Origin: Paramoeba atlantica
Lineage: Eukaryota; Protista; Discosea
Length of the DNA stretch: 64,000 bases
Reading direction: 5' to 3'
NCBI GenBank assembly: GCA_977017575.1
Contig: CDRNVI010000052.1
Coordinates: 62,001-126,000, forward strand
The position numbers and the translations under genes were made by a program. Position 1 is the first letter of the stretch. Every line of letters begins with the position of its first letter. The notes below the pieces were generated by a model. The model did not search any database, was not told where the DNA came from, and worked only from the letters and a program-made list of their open reading frames with translations. Below are positions 1 to 11,114 of the stretch, piece after piece.

Positions 1-1
1 C

Positions 2-277
2 GTCCGTCGTCACTTCAAAGGGGTCCCGCTGACCCCTCGGATTGGGTACGGCAGTGCGAAGGCCACCCGACACGTGTGCCCGGATGGATTTCGCCGGTTT
101 GTGATTCGCAACGTAGGGGAGCTGAACATGTTGACGATGCAGAATCGAAAATACTCGTGTGAGGTAGCGGCATGCATTGGGGCAAAGAAGCGCAAACAGA
201 TTGTGCAGCGCGCGAAAGAGTTGGATATTAAAGTAACCCGACCGAAGGCTCGTCTGAGAGAGGAGGAGAAGAACTAA
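2..277 (+). CDS. RPL32: 60S ribosomal protein L32, 5'-truncated by window edge
   Basis: Frame 2 is open from the edge: VRRHFKGVPLTPRIGYGSAKATRHVCPDGFRRFVIRNVGELNMLTMQNRKYSCEVAACIGAKKRKQIVQRAKELDIKV, the eL32 C-terminal half. Confidence 0.95.
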   Translation, partial: VRRHFKGVPLTPRIGYGSAKATRHVCPDGFRRFVIRNVGELNMLTMQNRKYSCEVAACIGAKKRKQIVQRAKELDIKVTRPKARLREEEKN

Positions 278-535
278 GGCAAGGGAGTGTTGTAAAACGA
301 AAGAAGCTAAGGAAAATCTCATGTATGCTACGTGATACAAGGGAAATTTAAAAAACAGATTTGAAGTCGATAAGTAACAATACATGTACGTTTTGTAAAT
401 TATTCGTTGTTCCATTTCTTTGCGTGGTTTCCTTTCTTTAAGTAGTAAAAAAATCCCCTTTATCTCATCTTTCACACCTTATTTCCCTTCATAAAATTAT
501 ATTTCCTTTCTCTCCCCTCCCCTCCTCCTCCTCTT

Positions 536-1876
536 ATGTCCACCGCTAAACTCGTCGACCTTGAAGACTTCGAGGACGACCAGCAGATCGTCCCCCCCTC
601 CCTCCCCCTCTCCTCCGACGGCCCCTCCGTCCCTGCCCCCTCCTACGCCGTCGCGCTCGGCGGGTTCAAGGACTTTTGTTTAAAGCCCGAACTCACCCGG
701 GCCATCGCCGAGAACGGTTTCGAGCACCCCAGTGAGGTCCAGCACAAGGCCTTGCCTCAGGCTCTCCTCGGGAATGACATTTTAGCCCAGGCGAAATCCG
801 GGATGGGCAAAACCGCAGTGTTTGTATTTGCGCTGTTAGAACACATTGAAAAGCCCCCGGCGGATTCCGACAAGTACGTGCAAGCCCTGGTGCTGGTCCA
901 CACCCGGGAGTTGGCGTACCAAATCGATCATGAGTTTACGCGGTTTAACCGAGCCCTGCCGCACTGTACCACCTGTGTGGTGTTTGGGGGGGTACCGGAG
1001 GAGGAGAACGCGAAGCTGTTTAAGGACAAGAAGAAGACCCCGTTGATTGTGGTCGGGACTCCGGGACGGACCCTGGCGCTCGCGACGAGGCTGAAAGTGA
1101 TGGATTTGAATCATGTGAAGTATTTTGTGTTGGATGAGTTTGATCGGTGTTTGGAGGATCTTTCGATGCGTGCGGATGTGCAGGCGATTTTTATGAAGAC
1201 TCCAAAGACGAAACAGGTGATGATGTTCTCGGCGACAATGTCGGAGGAGATGCGTAACCTCGCAAAAAAGTTTATGAACAACCCGTTGGAGATTTATGTC
1301 GATCAGCAGAGTAAACTCACGTTGCATGGTTTGCTGCAGTATTATGTGAGTTTGGAGGAGAAGGTCAAGGCACGGAAGCTTCTGGATATTCTCGATGCCG
1401 TCGACTTCCATCAGTGTATTATCTTTGTCAACAGCGTGATGCGCTGCGAGGCTCTAAGCACGCTGTTGAAAAAATGCGCTTTTCCCTGTGTCGCGGTGCA
1501 CGGCCAAATGGAGCAAAGCGAGCGATTGAAGACTTACGATCAGTGTAAGGCGCAGAGCTCTAAAATTGTCGTCGCAACGGATCTGTTCGGCCGTGGAATT
1601 GATATTAATCGGGTGAACTTGGTGATTCAATATGACATGGCGCACGATGCGGATACATATCTGCACCGCGTGGGGCGTGCCGGTCGGTTTGGGAACAAGG
1701 GTTTGACGATTTGTTTCATTACTGACACAATGCACCGCACGAAGGTGGACTCCGGGGAGTGGAAGTCTGTGGAGGATAAGGATGTGTTGAAGGATGTACA
1801 GTCCCGGTTTGAGATTCAGATGGCGGAGCTTACCGATCTCGCGACCTTGGACAAAGGGAAGTACATGTTGTCTTAG
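536..1876 (+). CDS. SUB2: DEAD/DECD-box RNA helicase UAP56/Sub2
   Basis: Q motif GFEHPSEVQ, AKSGMGKT, motif II DEFD, SAT, YLHRVGRAGRFG; N-terminal AVALGGFKDFCLKPEL resembles trypanosomatid Sub2. Confidence 0.93.
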   Translation: MSTAKLVDLEDFEDDQQIVPPSLPLSSDGPSVPAPSYAVALGGFKDFCLKPELTRAIAENGFEHPSEVQHKALPQALLGNDILAQAKSGMGKTAVFVFALLEHIEKPPADSDKYVQALVLVHTRELAYQIDHEFTRFNRALPHCTTCVVFGGVPEEENAKLFKDKKKTPLIVVGTPGRTLALATRLKVMDLNHVKYFVLDEFDRCLEDLSMRADVQAIFMKTPKTKQVMMFSATMSEEMRNLAKKFMNNPLEIYVDQQSKLTLHGLLQYYVSLEEKVKARKLLDILDAVDFHQCIIFVNSVMRCEALSTLLKKCAFPCVAVHGQMEQSERLKTYDQCKAQSSKIVVATDLFGRGIDINRVNLVIQYDMAHDADTYLHRVGRAGRFGNKGLTICFITDTMHRTKVDSGEWKSVEDKDVLKDVQSRFEIQMAELTDLATLDKGKYMLS

Positions 1877-2277
1877 TTAAAGCAAAAAGCGGGTCTGCGG
1901 TATTTTTAAAAGTGGGTCTTTAATTTGCATATGAGTTGTAAGGTCAAATTAGGAACGATAGAAAAGCTTTAGCCATACGATTTCAAGCCACACGGTGTTC
2001 AAATTTTACAACGTAAAATCTACATCACTTCGAAAACATTGGCTGTCTCATTTTTTTATGTCTTTGATTTTGAAAAAGATTATTCACTCAAATCAAATCA
2101 AGGTTGGATAGCCGTTAGTAGAGGAATCTTGATTGTATTAAAAGTGGAAAGCATCTTCATACACTGAACTTTGTTTTCGCTAGTTGTAACTGCTTGAAAC
2201 AAAATCATATGCACTAATTTTGTTTTTCAAACCTATCCTATATTTTTTCTAGAACGCCTATCGTTTCGCAAACACCA

Positions 2278-2730
2278 ATGAAACACGAACAACTTGGACC
2301 CCTGAAGCCGAACACACAACTCCTAACCATATCTGCAACCCAGTTAAAACAGCGAGCTGCCGAACTTGAACGAAAATATGGCACCAATAAAGAAACATTT
2401 TCGGCCTGTACCCCTTTTCGCCTACGAGTCTACGCCGCCTGCACGTACATCCCCCGCGGTAAGGTCTCCACGTATGCCAGTCTGGCAACTCTTCTCGGGG
2501 TCGCCAACGGGTCGCGTGCGGTCGGTCAAGCATTGCGTCATAACCCCTTTGCCCCTTTTGTGCCTTGCCACCGTGTGGTGAACAGTACCGGAGCCCTCCA
2601 TGGGTTTGGCGGCCAAACAACCCAAGAGGCATTGTTGCGTAAAATGAAGCTGCTGCAAAACGAGGGGGTGGTATTTGATGCAGCAGGAAAGAAGCGTGTA
2701 CATCCCACATCGCGAGTTACTTTTGTGTAG
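2278..2730 (+). CDS. MGMT: O6-methylguanine-DNA methyltransferase (DNA-binding/catalytic domain)
   Basis: IPRGKVSTYASLA, SRAVGQAL and active-site PCHRVV motifs. Confidence 0.9.
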   Translation: MKHEQLGPLKPNTQLLTISATQLKQRAAELERKYGTNKETFSACTPFRLRVYAACTYIPRGKVSTYASLATLLGVANGSRAVGQALRHNPFAPFVPCHRVVNSTGALHGFGGQTTQEALLRKMKLLQNEGVVFDAAGKKRVHPTSRVTFV

Positions 2731-3945
2731 AGGAGAATAGAATTTTCATATGTACTCGGAAAGGAGCTAGCAACGGCTTTGTGAAATAGTTCATGTAACA
2801 GCAAGGCCGAACAATATCATGGCGAGTACTTCAGAATTCAGATTTATAAAATGTTTTTTGCATCAAATATTCATATGCATTGAATTTTTCATAACCTGTT
2901 TTGGGCCATACAGGTCTGTGCATGTCAGGACCCAGATCTATGGATGCAATCGCATATTTCTCGAAGTTCTCGCTCCGTATCCTTTGTAGCTTGAATTCAC
3001 ATACATGCACTGCAGCTTTGTTCGGGTGCAGCACCCGAAGTTGTTATTTCCCGGGGCGCCTGGGCACCGGTCCCCTCGGACGCGGAAATCGCCTCTGGTA
3101 GTTCCGGCGAACCCGCGCTCTCCGACGCTTTTTGCGACGCTTGAGGGTGCCCCGCCCGCTATCCAACAGTTTTGAAAATTTGAAAATACTACAGGGTCAT
3201 GGCGTCTGCATGAGCGTACTTCTCGTCTGCCGGTGCGTTGCGAGCTGTCTCGATACGTCCATATTCCCGGCCAAACTTGTAGTTGAAACGCAGGTAGTGG
3301 GGGTTCTCCAATGCCGGCTCGATAGCTCCCATGGCGAAGGATCGTTCCGCACGCGTGTGTTCTGCACAATTTTCCAAATGACGCGTACTCGTGTCCAGAC
3401 AAAGTCCCTGCAAAAGTGGCGATGCTCCCACTCGCGCGGCTTAAACAAATGTTTTTGAGGAAAATTGTGTGCACTCGGATCGGAACCTCCAGCCTCCGGC
3501 GCCGCGGTACTCGCCATTCGCTCGATGGTACTTTCTAGAGAGCTTCTCTCAGACTCTGGAGAGAAACACTACCGGAAGATTCAACATCATCGACAATTGT
3601 TTCGCACTCAGAAGCAGAATCCCATGTTGCCATGTAATCTTCTATATTAGAGCGGTGTCTTTTCACTCCTAGAAAGATTTGATTCATCGGGAAAAAGTCA
3701 CTATTCATACCGCCTACATTTTCCTCAACAAAAAATCTCCTCAAATATTTGTGCAACAAAAATTTGTGAAATTTTTACGTGCAACAATTTCATAAGTTGC
3801 ACAATAAAAAAATGACAAATTTTTGCGAACGCTGTATAAATAATTAATGTATAATCAAAGGGTGGTATGTTGTTCGTTTCCGGGCGTTCGTTTCCCCAAG
3901 GTCCTTAATAGGTGCAGTGTGCAGCGGGGTTTCCTGGAGACTGGA

Positions 3946-4234
3946 TACACCCCCTTTCATTAATAATGATAATTGAAAAACGATTTTCACCTCGGATTGT
4001 GAAAATTACTCAAAAATTATCAAAACCAATTATATCGTAACTCCTCCGTGTCAGCTCGAGGTTTTTTCCGCTATCTCTTTAATCTTGACTTGCTTTTTCC
4101 CTTCGTAGACAAAGTATCATACTACAGAGATGTACATTTGTTTCTGATATCCCCTTATTACCTTCATAAATAATGATAATGATAATCTCAGAAAAATCAT
4201 TATTATCATTATCATTATTATGAGAGGGGGTGTA
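3946..4234. repeat. AT-rich foldback / MITE-like inverted repeat
   Basis: 3946-3973 tacaccccctttcattaataatgataat is the near reverse complement of 4208-4234; an inner (TAATGA)n/(TCATTA)n hairpin pairs 4171-4186 with 4202-4217. Confidence 0.55.
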
Positions 4235-4615
4235 GTTTGAGCTGGATAGACCTTTGTACCATGCGCTGATTATAATTATTAAAGAGAGGGGGGATGAATA
4301 GACTAAGACATAGTGTGTAGAACAGACCTCTAGTCTTACATAAACTTCTTTACATAAACTACTTTATATGTATGTATCTTTCTGTAAGCTTTTTTCATGA
4401 AATATTTACTCAGATCATAGGGAATATCTTTCTGTGCGATATATGGCGGCAATAGGTAAAAATTATCGCATATTATTCACCAGGGTGTGAACAAGTGTCA
4501 TTGAACAATAAAAAAAGTGGCTAATAAATGTCGGGAGTTTTATTTTGATTCAAGTTAGCTGTAGAACTTCCGTTACACCTTAAACAAATACCCATAATAT
4601 AGTTTTCATCAGTAC

Positions 4616-5440
4616 ATGTTAAGCGCAGTCGCACCGGATATTGCACCGACACGGCGTGGTCGTGTACGTGCAGTTACACTGACGCCTGAAGCGGAATTAA
4701 CTCGTTTCATTAAAAACATTTCAACAATTGATCCCGAGTGGAAATGGAATTCATTTACTCCCATTGAATCTTGGAAAGGTGTGACACACAACGGGAGTTG
4801 TATTTCCTGGGCAAAAATGTCTCTGCGCGGCACTCTTCAATGGTCATTTTTCCCGCAGATTGTGGAAAAGTGTGAGGTACTTCTGAATTTTCTAGAAGGA
4901 CAAATCGATATCACTGAACTAAATTCGGTTATTACGGTATTGAATCTGGGTCAAAATTGCTTTTCTGGTCCCGTAGATCTTACCCAATTGCCCCTATCAC
5001 TTGGAAGACTCTGGCTCACAGAAAATTTTCTTTCTGGGAAAGTCGATTTGACTGCTTTAGCCCCGCAGCTACAGCGCTTGAGTTTGTCTACAAATAAACT
5101 GGAGGGGGAAATCAGTCTCGCCGAGCTTCCAAGTAGCTTACTTTCCCTTCGACTTGATAAAAACATGTTTACAGGTAGGTTGGACTTAGCCCATCTACCA
5201 CTGTTTTTGAATTCTCTAGACGTTTCTGAAAATCAATTCGATGGAGAAATATCTTTGGATTTTCTGCCTCCTGGGCTGCGTCTATTGGATTTGAGGTCCA
5301 ACAGTCTTTCAGGAATAGTAGATGTTACCTCACTGACAAACAAGAGTGGCTACCAGGGGCAACGCATTGATTTACGGGACAATAATTTTTCTGATATTCT
5401 ACCTTCCAAAGAGTATTTACCACGTTCCATAAAAATATAG
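4616..5440 (+). CDS. Leucine-rich repeat protein (plant-like N-cap, no signal peptide)
   Basis: W..TPIESWKGVTH cap followed by repeated LP..L..L.L..N.(F/L).G.(I/V)DL units. Confidence 0.9.
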   Translation: MLSAVAPDIAPTRRGRVRAVTLTPEAELTRFIKNISTIDPEWKWNSFTPIESWKGVTHNGSCISWAKMSLRGTLQWSFFPQIVEKCEVLLNFLEGQIDITELNSVITVLNLGQNCFSGPVDLTQLPLSLGRLWLTENFLSGKVDLTALAPQLQRLSLSTNKLEGEISLAELPSSLLSLRLDKNMFTGRLDLAHLPLFLNSLDVSENQFDGEISLDFLPPGLRLLDLRSNSLSGIVDVTSLTNKSGYQGQRIDLRDNNFSDILPSKEYLPRSIKI

Positions 5441-5806
5441 ATCAGGCTTGTTCTTTACTACACGTGTTATAAACTTTATAACGATTATCTTGTGCATTCT
5501 TATTTGCTTGTTATTTAGTTTGCTTTTTGTTTAACGGCAATTTTTTGCAAACCAACTTTGAACTTTATACATGTATGCTCGGTAATTTTATGTGCTTGGT
5601 TCATTTGCTAGGTCCTTCGCATACAAGACTCCTACAATTTCTTGTTTTCGCAGAGTATATAAATTAGTCAATAGAATTTACAGTAGTGGTCAAGAACACT
5701 TGATATTTCGAAGTGACGGAGTTGTTGCTGTATTCGACATCGTTAATTTTTTCTAATCCTATTTTACCCCTAAAAGTGTGAATCTCTTACTCTGCTTCTT
5801 TTTGTT

Positions 5807-6733
5807 ATGACTTCTGTGCCTATGACACGAGCAGCTGGTCCCAAAGAAGTGAGCGAGAAATATCAAACCATGGACGTCCTTGGAGAAGGTACTTATGGTG
5901 TTGTTTATCGAGCAATGGATCGCCGAACATCGGAAATTGTGGCCCTAAAAAAGATTCGCCTTGATCACGGCGATGAGGGGATACCGCAAACTGCCTTGCG
6001 TGAGGTAAGCATTCTTCAAGAACTGCACCATCCCAATGTAGTGAATCTGAAGGATGTCATTTGTGTGCAGGACTCTAAGCTGTACCTTGTTTTTGAATAC
6101 GTTCAGCAAGACTTAAAGCAAGCGCTTGAGAAGAGACTATCTACCCTCTCCCCACTTCTTCTTAAGCAATTGCTGTGGCAAATGCTTCAAGGTATATATT
6201 TTTGCCATTCCCACCGCATCATTCACCGAGACTTGAAGCCGGCAAATATTCTTATTAATGCAGAGAATTTCTTAAAAATCGCCGATTTTGGGTTGGCTCG
6301 TGCTTTTCACGTTCCGTCGAATACTTTTACGCACGAAGTTGTGACATTGTGGTACAGAGCACCAGAAATATTGTTAGGCATAAAGCACTACTGCTCTGCT
6401 GTAGACATCTGGTCTGTGGGATGTATTTTTGCCGAACTTGCACGTCATAAGGTGCTTTTCAGGGGTGACAGTGAGGTGGGACAACTTTTTGAGATGTTTC
6501 AGGTACTAGGTACACCTACCGAAGAAGAGTGGATTGGGGTATCATCTCTTCCCGACTTCAAAGATATTTTTCCCAAGTGGGCCAGAACTCCACTGGAGAA
6601 GTTAGTACCTTCTTTAGAGCCTGCAGGTGTCGATCTTCTCTCCAAAATGCTTCTGTATGAGCCTTCTTCACGCATAAGTGCTAAAATGGCACTACAGCAC
6701 TCGTATTTTGATGAAGTGCGGGTTGAATCATAA
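5807..6733 (+). CDS. CRK3: Cdc2-related kinase 3 (CDK1-like)
   Basis: [15 protein letters not shown] in place of PSTAIRE (typical of trypanosomatid CRK3), [24 protein letters not shown]. Confidence 0.9.
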   Translation: MTSVPMTRAAGPKEVSEKYQTMDVLGEGTYGVVYRAMDRRTSEIVALKKIRLDHGDEGIPQTALREVSILQELHHPNVVNLKDVICVQDSKLYLVFEYVQQDLKQALEKRLSTLSPLLLKQLLWQMLQGIYFCHSHRIIHRDLKPANILINAENFLKIADFGLARAFHVPSNTFTHEVVTLWYRAPEILLGIKHYCSAVDIWSVGCIFAELARHKVLFRGDSEVGQLFEMFQVLGTPTEEEWIGVSSLPDFKDIFPKWARTPLEKLVPSLEPAGVDLLSKMLLYEPSSRISAKMALQHSYFDEVRVES

Positions 6734-7120
6734 AATATTGGGTATGTATTCGTCTGTACATTTGAACTCACTCACGTGCTAAGGTAGAAAGTATGTGATA
6801 TACTTTAATATGAATGCAAACGGTTTGAGTACAACTTTTTGTAAAAGACCATTAGTTTTCCAACAGGTTCGGTGTGGCGTTTTCTACTAGTAGTTTTGTC
6901 AATACTGTTTACTTATAGTTTCAAGTTTTAATGCGTGTAAAAATCTAAGACTAATATTTTTGAACGTTGTCTTTTAAACTTCCGTTCCATACTTTTGATG
7001 TCGCTATTTCGCAAAAAAACGACACTGTGATACTAAAGTGTTATATAGTTGATGGATGTTCTCTTTTCTGATCTTGACACTTTATTTGTTCCTACCACTC
7101 AGTTTTAACAACTGCTTTGA

Positions 7121-9307
7121 ATGAAAACATTCAAGGTGGCTGCGACTCCGACTGATGCGATGACCCTTACCAACATTGTCTACGTTCCCCCTGGCGTCAT
7201 TTCTGGTTTGAAAAGCCCCATGATCGAGGTATCTGGCTATGTGTTTCGTATTGCAGAAGACGCTCTAGTATCTCCCGGCCACGTAGCGTTTAACGCGCGA
7301 CAACGAAATACCGCAAAACTCTCCACGGCAGGCGATTCCATTTCCCTCACCCCGTTTGATTCCTCACGTCTCTCACGCCTTAGTTTGGTGAAACTCGAGC
7401 TTGAGCTCTCGACGCGCCCGACCAGTATGACATCTCGTTTTGTGGTCGATGCCACGGCATTAACAAACACACTGCATGAGCTACTTACCGGTCACCCCCT
7501 TACGGTGGGCCAGTGTCTTGTCACGGCCTTTGAGAATCGAAAGCTTGTGGCCACAGTTCGCTCATTGGAAGGAGAGAAATCTTCTACTGAATTCGCGGAA
7601 AGGCCCACACAGGGACTTGTGAAATCCGACACGGTTTTGCTGCTGACTCGAAATCAAAATCACCCAATCGCTCTGGAGAATTTCCCACAGGGATTGGAGC
7701 CGGAGAATGCCTCGGGACTTTTTCCAGATGGGTTCAGTTTTGATAAAACGGAAATCGGGGGGCTTGCGCATGAGTTGGAAGAGATTTTTCGACGCGCATT
7801 CGAGTCCCGTCTCTATCCACAGACTGTCATACGAAAGTTAAAGACTCGCCACGTGAAGGGGTTGCTGCTACACGGTCCCCCAGGGACTGGAAAAACTTTG
7901 ATCGCTCGTCGACTGGCCTCCATGCTCGGTTGTACTAATCTTACTATCGTAAATGGTCCTGAACTGTTTGACAAATACGTCGGACAAACTGAATCGAACA
8001 TCCGTTCGTTATTTTCTGCCGCGGAAGCGGAGCAAAAACAGCACGGCGAGGACTCCTCGCTCCATATTATTGTGTTTGACGAATTCGATGCTATGGTCAA
8101 AACCCGTGGTTCAACCAGAGATGGCACTGGCGTACATGACAGTGCGGTCAACCAGCTGCTGTCCAAAATTGATGGCCCCGAAGAACTTAACAACGTTCTT
8201 CTTATTGCAATGACAAATCGTAAAGACTTAATTGATGAAGCGATTTTACGTCCCGGACGATTTGAAGTTCATATTGAGATTGGCATTCCAGACGAGTCCG
8301 GACGTCTGGAAATTTTTCAAATTAAGACCAAGAGCATGGCTCGGAATGGGGTATTGCACTCGGATGTAGATCTTTCCTATCTTGCTAGCATCACAAAGAA
8401 TTATACAGGGGCTGAAATCGAGGGTATCGTCAATAATGCTGCCTCCTTTGCCACGCACAGACACGTTGACATGGCTAATCCAACAAAATTCAAAAATCCT
8501 GATGACCTTCGTGTGACACAACGTGACTTTGAAAATGCCATTGAAACGTACATACCTGCTCTAGGCGTGGCCGTAAATGAGTTGGATAATATCATTCGTC
8601 ACGGGTTTTTAGACTACGGTGTACGATGGGAACGATTACTGGAGTCCTGCATGTCATACGTACGGACATTAGAGCATGCCACTCGCTTACATTCTCTTTC
8701 AATACTCCTCGAGGGAGAAAATGGGACTGGAAAATCTTCTCTCGCAGCGTACATCTCAAAGCTCTCTCATTTTCCTTGTATCAAGTTACTATCACCTATA
8801 AACTTTGTGGGATACAGTGAGCTAGCCAAGTGCAACGCTATTCGACAAACTTTTGAAGATGCGGATCGTTCCCCATTGAGCGTCATTATATTGGACGACC
8901 TGGAAAGAATCATTGAATTTGTGCCTGTCGGAATGCGATTCTCTCATGCTGTGCTACAAACCCTTCTTGTTCTCCTGAAGCGCTCCCCTTCAAAGGATCA
9001 CAAGCTCCTAATTATTGGTACCACTTCACACCGTGACTTACTGCATCAACTGGAACTTGCTCAAAGTTTTGATGCCACATGCGATGTAGAGCCACTACAA
9101 AAAGAAGAAGTGAAAACCTTATGGTCTCAGCTCAATGTGCGATTCTTGTCCCAAGCAGAAAGAGAGCACGCGGAGCAACTCCTGCCCGCAGAAATTCCTC
9201 TCAAAAAACTTTTGCTACTTGTCGAACGAGCGCGCTCCTTAGTAAAAGATGGCACATCAGACACTCTTCTATTGAAAGCCGAAAATTTCGCGGCCGCGCT
9301 GAGGTGA
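7121..9307 (+). CDS. NSF: Vesicle-fusing ATPase NSF/Sec18
   Basis: N-domain, D1 Walker A GPPGTGKT, VNGPELFDKYVGQTE, IIVFDEFDA, GVHDSAVNQLLSKIDG, RPGRFEV; D2 Walker A GENGTGKS. Confidence 0.95.
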   Translation: MKTFKVAATPTDAMTLTNIVYVPPGVISGLKSPMIEVSGYVFRIAEDALVSPGHVAFNARQRNTAKLSTAGDSISLTPFDSSRLSRLSLVKLELELSTRPTSMTSRFVVDATALTNTLHELLTGHPLTVGQCLVTAFENRKLVATVRSLEGEKSSTEFAERPTQGLVKSDTVLLLTRNQNHPIALENFPQGLEPENASGLFPDGFSFDKTEIGGLAHELEEIFRRAFESRLYPQTVIRKLKTRHVKGLLLHGPPGTGKTLIARRLASMLGCTNLTIVNGPELFDKYVGQTESNIRSLFSAAEAEQKQHGEDSSLHIIVFDEFDAMVKTRGSTRDGTGVHDSAVNQLLSKIDGPEELNNVLLIAMTNRKDLIDEAILRPGRFEVHIEIGIPDESGRLEIFQIKTKSMARNGVLHSDVDLSYLASITKNYTGAEIEGIVNNAASFATHRHVDMANPTKFKNPDDLRVTQRDFENAIETYIPALGVAVNELDNIIRHGFLDYGVRWERLLESCMSYVRTLEHATRLHSLSILLEGENGTGKSSLAAYISKLSHFPCIKLLSPINFVGYSELAKCNAIRQTFEDADRSPLSVIILDDLERIIEFVPVGMRFSHAVLQTLLVLLKRSPSKDHKLLIIGTTSHRDLLHQLELAQSFDATCDVEPLQKEEVKTLWSQLNVRFLSQAEREHAEQLLPAEIPLKKLLLLVERARSLVKDGTSDTLLLKAENFAAALR

Positions 9308-9537
9308 TTGCTTGCTATAACTTTATTGCAGAATATTATGTACAAAGAGACCAGAAGCTAATCTACTTGATTAGGTTCCAAGGTGTTCTTTCTTTTTTTG
9401 CTTTCTTTGCTTAACTAGTTTGTTTTTATACTTCAAACCCGACGAGATGATACTGTAAAGCATAATCGAAGTGACAATGGATTAATACAAACCTCTTTAG
9501 TAAATGAACTTTTAAATAGCCTCTCACTTCTCACATA

Positions 9538-9702
9538 ATGTTTGGAAAGCCTCCTGAAGTACTTCCTGAACATATTTCAGAACGCAAATTTTGGCACCAT
9601 TTGCATCGATTTCTTACGTTTGTTGCGGTTACATCAGCTCTTGGATCCTTCGTTACTCATGCAAATCGTCAAGCGAGTACGGTGCTTCTCGCCAAAAAAT
9701 AA
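9538..9702 (+). CDS. Putative 54-aa single-pass membrane microprotein (below ORF-track threshold)
   Basis: Hand translation MFGKPPEVLPEHISERKFWHHLHRFLTFVAVTSALGSFVTHANRQASTVLLAKK*; same strand as neighbours, AG acceptors upstream, one hydrophobic segment. Confidence 0.45.
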   Translation: MFGKPPEVLPEHISERKFWHHLHRFLTFVAVTSALGSFVTHANRQASTVLLAKK

Positions 9703-10161
9703 TTTTGGGTCTTTTTGTTAATCACTCATAAACATTATGCTCAAAATCGAGTTTTTATCTTGTGTTTTTCGATTTTAATTTGTGGGGGAGGCATATTGGG
9801 CAAAAACTATTCTTGAACGAAAGGATTTCGGTGTTGAGGCGTTTGGTGAATTCATATCAGTTACAAAAATCTTTTTATCTTTTTCATGGCAATATCTTAA
9901 TCGGTTAGTAATATCTGTATTCCTTTGAATGTCTGTATTCCTCGATGAAATAAAAATATCATCTTTAATGCGTAACATATTACGAAACCTACATTATAAG
10001 CTTTCTTTATTCTAAATAAATTTCCAAATAAATCTTCAAGGTGCGCTTAAAATGAAAATATTATTCTGCACAACTCAACTTTCGCGTGTCTTTTTAATGA
10101 GGTCTAGGGACAAATACAAACAGGTTACCGCTCAGCAATCAACGTATCATGTTCATGCGGT

Positions 10162-10902
10162 ATGAATTTAACGATTAGTAGATGTGACACGGCTCTTTTA
10201 GAGAAAAATAAAAAGGCTCTAAAATGCATGTGGTTAAAAATGTTTCAAGAATTGGGTGGCGCTCTTTCTAATAATAATCCTACTTCAAAAAGTGCGCTAG
10301 CAAAACTCAACAGTACGACCAATAAGGAATCGCCTGCAGAAATTTGGGAAGAATTTCTACGGATGGTTCGTGACCCGTTCTATCACATTTTTGTTGTTTC
10401 ATCAGTAAATCCTTTTCGACACAAATCATCTCAGAAGTCAAGCAGTAGGGTCGCCCACGGCTTGGAAATCGTACGAAACGTCAAAGAAACTCATGATTTT
10501 GTTGCTTGCTGCATGACTACAGAGCTAGAAACAGCATATCCCATTATAGCGATTTCGCGACATTCGCAAGATTTCAGACGTGAAAATAAAATTGAAAATG
10601 TAGTGGCCTCAGATTCAAAAAAGGGAAATTTGAATGTAAAGGAATGGGCATTCGGGATGCACGAAATGGATGTATCTCGTCCAGTTAGTACGTCTTTTCT
10701 TGTTGGAATTGAGCAAATTTGGGTAGATAAGAATCATCGTAGAAATGGAATCGCATCGCAACTTCTGGACTACGTAAGATACCATAGGATATATGGATTT
10801 CCTCTTCCCAAGGGCAAGCTTTGCTTTCATCAACCGTCTACAACAGGAAGACTACTGGCACAGTCTTATTTCGGATGTTGCGACTTTTTAGTTTATAGCT
10901 GA
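10162..10902 (+). CDS. ECO1: Cohesion-establishment acetyltransferase Eco1/ESCO (acetyltransferase domain)
   Basis: C-terminal GIEQIWVDKNHRRNGIASQLLD...IYG...CFHQPSTTGRLLAQSYFG...FLVY matches the Eco1 GNAT signature. Confidence 0.8.
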   Translation: MNLTISRCDTALLEKNKKALKCMWLKMFQELGGALSNNNPTSKSALAKLNSTTNKESPAEIWEEFLRMVRDPFYHIFVVSSVNPFRHKSSQKSSSRVAHGLEIVRNVKETHDFVACCMTTELETAYPIIAISRHSQDFRRENKIENVVASDSKKGNLNVKEWAFGMHEMDVSRPVSTSFLVGIEQIWVDKNHRRNGIASQLLDYVRYHRIYGFPLPKGKLCFHQPSTTGRLLAQSYFGCCDFLVYS

Positions 10903-11028
10903 ACGAAGAAACAGTTTAGATAAAGCTTAAATTCGTTTGGATGTTCCTTAGTTGTCTCTGTTGACAACAGAGAGCACAACAGTTGTGTTGTTACCTAAAT
11001 ATATTTTTTGAATATTCATAAGGTTCAT

Positions 11029-11114
11029 GGACAGTGAAGACCTACTTTTAGTGTTAGACAGTGAACTTGGACAGTGTTGGACAGTGACTTTTACACCTGT
11101 AGTGTTGGACAGTG
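11029..11114. repeat. Short irregular tandem repeat of (G)GACAGTG
   Basis: Five gacagtg cores within about 85 bp. Confidence 0.7.
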
